64,000 nucleotides of DNA from Lingula anatina (lineage: Eukaryota; Animalia; Brachiopoda): positions 24,184,848-24,248,847 of the forward strand of contig CM120643.1 of NCBI GenBank assembly GCA_051362555.1. The letters run 5' to 3'. Below, one piece after another: positions 55,331 through 64,000 of the stretch (its first letter is position 1; the number at the start of each line of letters is the position of its first letter). The notes below the pieces were generated by a model. That model was not told the DNA's origin and made no database searches. It saw nothing but the letters and a program-made list of their open reading frames with translations. The position numbers were made by a program, and so were the translations under genes.

Positions 55331-57579
55331 ATGTTCATGCCGCTGTCCCGGATGGCGATGATCGCCTTGATATTGGAAAGCCTAGGAATTTGCAGTACCT
55401 CTCTTATTCCTGTCCCGTCTGATTGCGACGTAGACCCCATGAGAGACGTAGATTTAAACCGGGTAGGTAGCTGAGTTTATGAGCTTTTTTTCCTGTTAAT
55501 TATTTTTATTTGACATCTGGACGCCTCAAAATAAGTACACGTAGTATACATTAGATGTAAGATTGGAAGTAATGTATGCATATGGTGTAAAAGTACGTGG
55601 ATTCATTGGTGGATTTAAAGGGGTGTCTTCTTGTAACATTTTGCAAACCGGGACCATTTCAACCGCAGATTATTAGGTCTAGCCCATAGGTTTATTTCAT
55701 AAATGTACCTTGCACGTTTACTTTTACTGAGCGTTTTAGATGGCATTCACAACGAGTTGAGCCAGGCTTTACAAATCCTGGGACTAAATATGGCGGACGT
55801 ACATGAAAGAAAAACCGCCTAATCTTTTATTAGTCTCCCCGCCTCTCACACGCCTCCCCATGTGTCGTCCCAATGGAGCCGAGATTTAATGACTGTACCC
55901 CCGCAGGGACGACGCGTGGGGAGGCGTGCGAGAGGCGGAGAGACTATTAAAAGATTAGGCGGTTTTTCTTTCATGTACGTCCGCCATATTTGGTCCCAGG
56001 ATTTGTAAAGCCTGGCTCAACTCGATGTGAATGCGGTCTAAGATCAATAATAATAAAAGGATTCTTCTGTCGCCGAGTCTACTCAGTAGGCGTGTGGGGT
56101 ATAGTTTCTAGGAAAGTGGTATGGAATCGCCGTCACTCCCCTGTCAACTGATACTCCAGGAACTTGGAGAAACTACTGGGAAACCGTCAATTTTATCGAT
56201 GAAAGTCAAGGTGGTCCTTATTTTGGAATAAATATGACATCCAGGTAATATTGACAAACATTAAGATTACCCTTTTCATCGATTTAATTAGACAAATTAT
56301 CCAAAAGACATCAATCTTTTGCCTTTTTTCTACCGGAGGGGCACAAATTATCATCGTCTAGACAGACGTTTCGCACAAACATCAATAAAAAGTTCACCAT
56401 GTTGTCAGCAACTCGAACAGTAAAAACATTTGGATTTATATTATAAAAAGTTTATATATAGTTTTCCACAGATAGCTCTATGGATGACATTGACCCCAAT
56501 TGCAAAAAAGACATAAATGTATTCATACAAGACACTGATATTCATTTGGCTAATCTTAACTAAATCATAAATGCATTAAAATTTCTCTCAGTGATGGATG
56601 TGAAAATACCTGTTCAGCGGTTTATCATAAATTCTACCCAACTGAAGAGGAGTAGCATTTCTTTCACTTTGAATAAGGATACAGATTAAAACAACATTAC
56701 GGACCATTTACTCGTTATAGGTCTATAAAGAGGGCTAAATTGTCATTTGAAATCTTTCCCCCAGTAAGTACATACATTTTAGTAAAATCCTCTTTTCATG
56801 TCGTTGTGCTAAGGAAACAATTTTAAATTTAAAATTCACCCCAAGACCCGTCTCCAGTGACGATGAGTCGACCTAACTTAGTACAGTCCATCTCAGCGGT
56901 AAGCCATAGGCCTATTATATAACGATTGCTCACAGCAGGTCTCGAATCCGATTTTATCAATCTGTTGTCTCGTAACTATTGTGGCTTGCCGCGTGCGCTT
57001 GGTTTCTAACATTGCCCATTGGTTTACATGTACGCATTGGGGTTTATTAGTTTATTAACTGGATGTTTCAGAAAAGAAATGAATGCATAATGGCTCATAT
57101 CAATCCAATCTCCACTGCATGCCCTGCTACTTTTTAAAGCTTAAAAGGTAGAGTGAGACCATTGACCCTTAACACTATTAAACTATGAACACAATAATAC
57201 AAGTAAGCCTACCGTTTTCAGAAACTCATCCAGAAGTTTACGGAATGATAATTGAAACCGACTACGACAATTACGCCCTGACTCGCGAATACTTTGTGAA
57301 ACTGAACGAGAGTCTGTTTGCCTTCTTCGGAAGGGACTGTTACCACGACGAGCCACTCTGGCGGCTCTACGAAGACTGAGGCTACGTGTCCCTTGTCTTC
57401 GGGCTGCAAACTTCATTAAAGTGGAACACGTGGGTTGCGGGGGTAAAGAGCTAGATGCGGCGTGCAGACGTGATCCTTGGGCGATATTCTGGTCCATGTT
57501 TGCTCCCCGTGGACGCTTCTGGGCTGGTCTGAGAGGAAAGGGCAGATACCGTGGCTGGGCAGTACAGAGACATTATTAG
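55331..57579 (+). pseudogene. Lipocalin tandem copy 3, probable pseudogene; exons about 55331..55462, 56105..56244, 56592..56655, 57222..57579
   Basis: Exons 1-2 intact (FLGKWYGIA). Exon 3 has lost its 3' end and donor and reads TEEE-stop. Exon 4 has a 1-nt deletion near 57341 (TGT-TACCA vs TGTATACCA in copy 2) giving YHDEPLWRLYED*. Confidence 0.75.
55737..56040. mobile_element. Foldback MITE family A, copy 4 (near-perfect hairpin) in lipocalin-3 intron 1
   Basis: Arms of about 130 bp with roughly 7 mismatches around a short loop. Confidence 0.8.
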
Positions 57580-59314
57580 AGAGATACAGCAGATCCTCGT
57601 GACATACCTAAACTTAATTGATATTCTATCTTCCTGTATTGACCAATTACGTTCAGTCCGAAAGAGTTGGAAATTTACGTCAAGCAAAAAAAGTGTGTGC
57701 ACAAGAAATTATGTTCCATAGTTTGTTGTTCAGGGACATTTGGTCATTTCTAATTGTTATAGCTGTTACATACACGTAAGGAGGTACTCCACTGTTGTCG
57801 ATGACACAGGCAATGTTTATTTTCACTAAGTTCTTTTTTATTTTTATAATGAAATCCGTTCCTTTGGATTAAAGTGCTCGTATATTATATACGCTGTATA
57901 TTATTTTTAATATTATGGCACATATTTTACCAAACACCACAAACAATGAATTTCAAAAGTAAAATCCATTTTATTAATGCATCACAGATTACTTGCAGTA
58001 GCCGTTACAAACAACTCCCCTTTCTTCTATCCAAAAACTTTCATACAGATCCAGGACGTGCCCTTTAAAAGGAAGACATACAACCATCTGAGGTTCATCA
58101 AGCCATGTTTATCTTCATTAGCAGCACTGCAGATGCCCAAAATAACCCCTTTTCAAATTAACATGGAAAATTTCATAATAAAAAAGAAAAAAAATGTGCC
58201 AATAATACAATGAATTTATAAAAAATGTTTTCAAAAAATCCTTTAGAGCAGGATGCAATATAATTTGTTTGTTCCTCCCCCCTCCCCCTTCTGATTTCCT
58301 GGATCTGCCAGCAGCTCGCAAACGTATTCTACAAAACCCCATAGATCTCTGCTTTCCTAGACTAGCACCATATCGTACATGTATGAACACCCATAAAAAT
58401 GGCAACAGAGCCATTATTCTGTGGCAGACACTGAACTTTTCATGACTTATTCACTTCAAAGATCATAAAAACAGGTAGAAACGTATCTGAAAATAAGAAC
58501 CCGTAGTTCATGGTTAAAACATTTCCTTATGGCAACCCGTTTGCTATAGTATCAATGGAGTACTTATAAAGTTTGCCCAATTGATTAGGATGCAAAGTAC
58601 AGTACTTATCTTAAGATGACTAAAAATGACAAACAGTTCTATTAGCATGTCCTACTGGTTAACTTGAGAAATGAACTACATAAGATAGTTGCATTCACCT
58701 TTATCATACAGACTATACACAAAGTTATGTACTCAAAGCACTTATTAAGAAATATATAACACTTGGTATAACATACCTATTATAACTGTTCATGCAGCTC
58801 CTACATGTAATGATGTTATTTCAGTGAATTAACCTATTTCCATTTTGACTTAAATAAGTTAAACATGAATGACTATTTCTGAGTACAATGTTGTATATGT
58901 TTTTCATGGTGACAGTTCTAAAATCTAAAACGTAACATTATGTCAAGATATATCTTATCTGGAAGATTTTTATGATAGCTAGTGATAAAAAGAAGCTGTT
59001 CTTTGCAAACTTTAACATAAGTTATACCTACATGTACATGAGTTTTGCCAAATGTTGGGCAAAAAAAAAAAAAAAAAAGAAAGATTAATCTGTGTCAGAA
59101 ATGTTCTAAGAATTAATAAGGTTATTTGTCACAATGTCATTATTCATTCAATGAAAAAATAATAATAACTTGGCTAAAAAAATAAAACAGGTCAGAATCA
59201 CCCCAGACCTGAAGATTACATTCATCAGTAACCAATATCCATAAATAATAAAATCCACAGGATTTGCTGATTATCACTTCTCCAGTCCCTCCATTTTTTT
59301 TTCTCTCCATGTCA

Positions 59315-61108
59315 TCACTGAGTTGAACCTACATCTTCTCTATGTTGTGTAGAATTCTTCATCTCCTCGTCAACAGTCTTGCACAACTTCCTCACCAGGG
59401 TGTTAAACTCCTCAGGTTTCTCAGCATACACATGGTGACCAGCACCTTTGATAATCTGGGTGAAAATAAACAAGAAACAAAACTGAATCACCATGTGCAT
59501 AACCGTTGAATTATTTCAAGGAAAGGAAAGGACCATGACCAAAAGGTGGCTCTCACTTTTTCAACCAAGATGAGCTAAGAGAAACTTGGAAGAGGACAGA
59601 AGAAAGAGAGAAGATGTGATGGGATGGCAGTGAGAGACAGCAGCAATAGGGAGGGGAGAGGTGGATAAGCTGGTGGGAGTGGGGGGGGGGGGTGGAAGTT
59701 ACCAGGGAGAGGCTAAGATGGAGAGACCTGTGCACCATCTTACAACCAACAAGAAGGGAAAAAGGATAGGTGGGTAGGTAATTTGTTGTCTATTGATGTC
59801 ATGTACATTTTAATTTGTAATATTGCAACAACCAAAGACTTTCAATCACAGGAAATCTCCTCTACCCTCCCATCTCTTAGTATTCAAAGTATAACAAAAG
59901 TGGCCATTTGCAGAGAAAAACAACAGCCATAATAAACTGGTAATGTTACACAAACTTAAGCCATTCCCGATTTACTGCCATGTCTGAGCACGTCCTCGAG
60001 AAAAATAGCAGCCATTATATACTGGTTATGTTACACAAACTTAAACCATTCCCGATTTACTTCCATCTCTAAGTGCCCTCCATTTCTATCCCTACAACTA
60101 TACCTGAACATCCACATGGGAGTCGTTCCTGAGGTATTTCACCTGGTATCCTGTGCTGCTGTCCACCCAGGACCGCGACCCATAGATCATGGTCAAAGGC
60201 ACACGGGGGCTCATTTCGTGGATCCTACGAATCATGGGGTTCTTTGCCCAGCCAAATGGAATACTCAGGGTGCTGAAGGCAGTCTCGCCGCTGAAATTGA
60301 GAAACAATCAAACTCTGGGTTATTTTTTGGCTGAAATTAGCCAACAGAAAAGCTAATGGGATAAATGTAAGAAAGGTAAAAAATATTTCACTTTTTCTAT
60401 CCACAAATATTTAATCATGTAATTCATTCCAAGAATGCCCTGTCCCTTAGGCAAACAGCACTATTATCATACCAGTTCTTCAATTTTTGTACTTGCCTAA
60501 GACTTGACATTAAAGAAAATGAAAGTTCCTTTTTTTTTCTTTGGTTTTACAAAATACATCAGCATTCACTCATGAGAAGGATTTACCTTGGAGGTTGAGC
60601 ATTACAGTGATATATATAGTCAAAGACAGGTATCTCCTCCTCTCTGCCTTCCAAACCAGCAAATTTGACCTCCAAATCTGGGCGGAACCTGCGTATTAGT
60701 CCAGGACCTATAAAAGCCAAGTTGAAATTAAAATGTTACATTTTATTTTCTCCACTATTAGCTTGTGTGGATTTAAAAGCTGGGCCAGAGAGACAGAGTG
60801 TGTGTGTGTGTGTTTTTTTTTTTTTTTCATGCCTATTTTAATTCAGCGATTATCAAAGCGAGGAAAGTTACAGAACTGTCACATTTAGCATTAACACATG
60901 GATAGAAGGAAAAAATAACCTAGTAAATTGTCTATTACTTTTCTGCTCTGGTGAAAACAATCCCAGAAATGTTCTTGTTGTCTTTGGCCATCCCCTTCCC
61001 TTCTCCCTCCACACACACACACACACACACCTAAAACATTTTTTGTCTATTTTCTGAAGCATATATCATGATCGGTGTTTTCTTTGGTATAGCTCATTAA
61101 AAATATAA

Positions 61109-61139
<31 letters not shown>

Positions 61140-62796
61140 AAATCCAGGGCACACTTACCCCAAGGCCCTGCAGCTCTCACCACTGCCAGTGGGTTAAAAG
61201 GTTTCAGCAGCGTGGCCAGTGCCCTAACCCACAGTGGGAACGGTCTCTGCTGGGGCATAGCAGGTCTTTCTGGGAACCCCCACGGATCCACCAGAACAAG
61301 GTGCTTCACTCTGTCTGGGTACTTCATGGCATAACCAGCTGCCACAAAGCCACCCAGGCTGTGACCCAGCAATACAAAATTCTCCAGTCCCACCGCTTCC
61401 CGCCAGTCTTCCACAGACTGCACGAACTGCTCCTCCACGATATCTGCCTCGTAGCTGAAATTGGGCCTCGAGCTGCGCCCAAAGCCGAGCAAGTCAAAGG
61501 CGTACAATGCTCTGTCCTGAGAAATGGTCGCTAAGTTCCGAGACCATAAACCCACCCCTCCCCCCATGCCATGTATTAAAACTAAAGGAGTATTGCCAGC
61601 CAGAGAAGATGTATCTCCATTTGCTGTATGCAGTTCAGATTTGTCCTCAGTTTGATGGTGTAATATTCCAAGAGGTGGACTATTTTCTGCATCTCCTGTT
61701 TTTATTGTGTGTAAACTTCCATTGATACATATTGTCCACAGGCGATTTCTGCCACCAGTCACAGGAATATATCTGCCCTGGTACTGACCACTTAATACTG
61801 AAACAGATTTTTCACAAATTACAAAATTCAGTGTTTTAAATTCTGCAGATATAACATAGTGAGTGTATTAAATGACACCACAGTTCAGAGTTATGATTGC
61901 TTTTCTAAAAATAAACATAATTATCGATGTGGTTAAATATTCAAAGACCTACATGAATAAAAAAACTATTTCAACTTTCCCATTTTGACTTACAGTAGTT
62001 AACTTTCACAAAATTATAAAGTGCTTACTTCACATAAAATGCCACAAAGTTTGCGTAAAAAACTTACTGTGTAAAAGTTTGTGTTCTGCCTCAGCTAACA
62101 TCACTCTAGAGGTAGGTTTCCACCGGATCCAACTTCTCAACCAGCTGTCTCTGCATGTATTAAAATCCATCATCAAAATGATAAATGTAGTCAAAACATA
62201 TTTTATATTTTAACTTTCCCTAATTATTTAATCACACTGTGACTTCACAAGTAAATGTTAGGCAACTGAGAGTGGTACACCTCAACTCGCAGTTGGAGTC
62301 GGACCCGATCTAAACGTCCCTAATTGTCTCAGTTTTCGGGCTTGCAATGTACTGGTAAATGTAACTGTAACTTGTTATGTAAGGAAGCCAAACGAGGCAA
62401 GTTCCAACAAAATCCAATTAGAACCCAAACAAAAATCAAATCCATTGAAGAGCTACAGAATGCACAGTAACTGGAAGTAGGTTGAACAATTTAGTTTAGT
62501 ATGCTTTAGGTTGAGGTTTTGCTCTGCAATCAAACTTTACAACTGCACTAACTTAACAACCTACAGTGCAGGCAGCGTTGAACTTGGAAGTTGCCATCGT
62601 TGTATTTCGTACTGTCCTAGTACAGACAATCGAAAAAATCTTTCATCGCAAGCCGTCTTCGAAATACCATACATCAATATAAAACCCAAAACTAAATAAT
62701 TATTAAAAATACACTGTCAAAAGCTTACCTATCAACTTCCAGCTCTACATGTTGGGTTTGTAGCTGTGCGTTCTGTGCTGGAAGACTGTCTGCCAT
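59315..62796 (-). CDS. ABHD4: ABHD4/ABHD5-family alpha/beta hydrolase ((lyso)-N-acylphosphatidylethanolamine lipase-like), 412 aa; complement(join(59315..59455,60104..60290,60587..60707,61159..61797,62068..62150,62729..62796))
   Basis: Six exons in frame (68+83+639+121+187+141=1239 nt). Motifs [96 protein letters not shown]. Confidence 0.93.
59913..60080. repeat. Two-copy tandem repeat, about 85-bp unit, in ABHD4 intron 5
   Basis: GAGAAAAA..CAGCCAT.ATA.ACTGGT.ATGTTACACAAACTTAA.CCATTCCCGATTTACT.CCAT repeated twice. Confidence 0.8.
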
Positions 62797-62799
62797 TTT

Positions 62800-63138
62800 G
62801 GAAAACCACCAAACGTCACGTGTCGCACACGTCATTTTAGGAATCCCCTGATCAAGATAGTCTTTCCTGTCAAACTTTTTGTTTACGTTTGATAATTCAT
62901 TTTACACAGTGTCTTTGAATTTCAAGTGAACACATTTAGAAAATAAAGCTTTATATTGTGGAAAAGAATGCAATTTGATAATATTTTTTATAACGTTGAT
63001 AACGTTATTTGACACCACCCAACCTCAGTTTGTCCTCAAATCGCACGCCATCTGCTGGGTACATCTGCGCGTGGCGGGAACCTTATGCAAGCAGCTGATT
63101 CTTTTGGTGAAGGCGCTGTGTCTAAGTTCTAGGTAAGA
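62800..63138. promoter_or_regulatory. Putative bidirectional promoter between ABHD4 and a plus-strand gene whose non-coding first exon ends at 63132
   Basis: E-box GTCACGTGTC (62815), CTCF-core-like CCAGCAGATGGCG (minus, 63046-63058), E2F-like GGCGGGAA (63073), strong donor AG|GTAAGA at 63132/63133; locally CpG-richer. Confidence 0.45.
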
Positions 63139-64000
63139 AATAGGTTTTTGGTGCTTGAAATTGAACAAAATGCGTTTAAGTATATGCATTGATTAGATTA
63201 AATGGGTTGACTTATATGGACATGAGGCAAAAACTTGTGTAAGTCACTTCTGTCTGCCACTGCCTACGGGCATAGCAAAAGGAAATGGTTAGAATTCTGG
63301 CATAAAACACTGCCACCTACTAGTGCTACTTCTTCTGGTGGCTTGCAGTCTGTATAGATACAAGGCCTCCCATTCCCACCTTAACTGCCCCAGGAGAAAG
63401 ATTTTGTGCTTATGTAACTACAAAGATTGCGTTTTCTCCTTGAGGTCGGTACATTCAGATGTACTACTGGTACCCTGACGTAGATTTCGCCTTGGTTGAA
63501 AATATTTAATATATGAGTTTTACTCTGGATATTAACTGTGGATAAGGCCTTTATCAAGATAAATTAACTGAGTAGGGTCTTAAATTTACAGAGGAAGTAA
63601 ACAGAGGCAAAAGGGCCTTGGACTAATGTCTGTAACTTTATTTAAGCTCCTCTCCTACAACTAATTCTTTGGTCCCCAGTACACATGGGAGTGTCGGGTT
63701 ACAGAGCAGGTTAAAATGAGGTGGGGGAAGATATGGGGAATTAAAGAGGAAAAGGCATTTTCAGTGTGAGATCTTACATCATAGAAGCTTCTTATATCAC
63801 TCAAAAGTAGGCATTGCACGTTAAAGAGGGAGTGGGGATGGCGATGAGGCTGCTTCCTGCTGTTTTTCATTTCATAACAGCATGGGATGGTGTATTGAAT
63901 GTGACTACAATGATATGGATTCTAGAGAAAAAAGATGGGTTGTAAAAGTCCATTGTAAAAGCTGTAGAAGTGCACATACTGTCTGAAGGAAGAAAAGAGC

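Noticed and set aside
61097-61158. Hydrophobic poly-Leu tail on the ABHD4 ORF as a transmembrane anchor
   Set aside because: It is an intronic (TTA)n microsatellite after the donor at 61158.
1-64000. Most 60-130 aa ORFs in the supplied track; any operon or CRISPR interpretation
   Set aside because: The window is spliceosomal-intron eukaryotic DNA; these ORFs often use GTG/TTG starts, run through microsatellites or lie antisense to real exons. No regularly spaced repeat-spacer array was seen.

Overview
AT-rich, intron-containing animal (probably invertebrate) genomic DNA; most entries in the ORF track are spurious, and real genes must be assembled across GT-AG introns. Gene models rebuilt by hand with consistent splice phases: (1) a 4-exon RGK-family (Rad/Gem/Rem-like) small GTPase on the minus strand (25539-9092) with a degenerate P-loop; (2) a 2-coding-exon CDC123/R2K-type ATP-grasp gene (35110-36552, +) whose N-terminus looks like a WH2 actin-binding motif; (3) three tandem secreted lipocalin genes (44449-57579, +) with an unusual Trp/Arg-rich C-terminal tail, the third pseudogenised; (4) a 6-exon ABHD4/5-family hydrolase on the minus strand (62796-59315), probably sharing a bidirectional promoter with a gene leaving the window. 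The rest holds a 5'-truncated, disabled CR1-group LINE with a 12-bp TSD, Rex1- and Tc1-like remnants, several MITE families (CAG-ended with 5-bp TSDs, foldback, TTAA-type, HINE-like), a duplicated unit carrying tRNA-like Pol III cassettes, and microsatellites. The best candidates for undescribed biology are the WH2 plus R2K ATP-grasp fusion and the lipocalin cluster with its cationic-aromatic tail. Family assignments rest on motif recognition; no database search was run.
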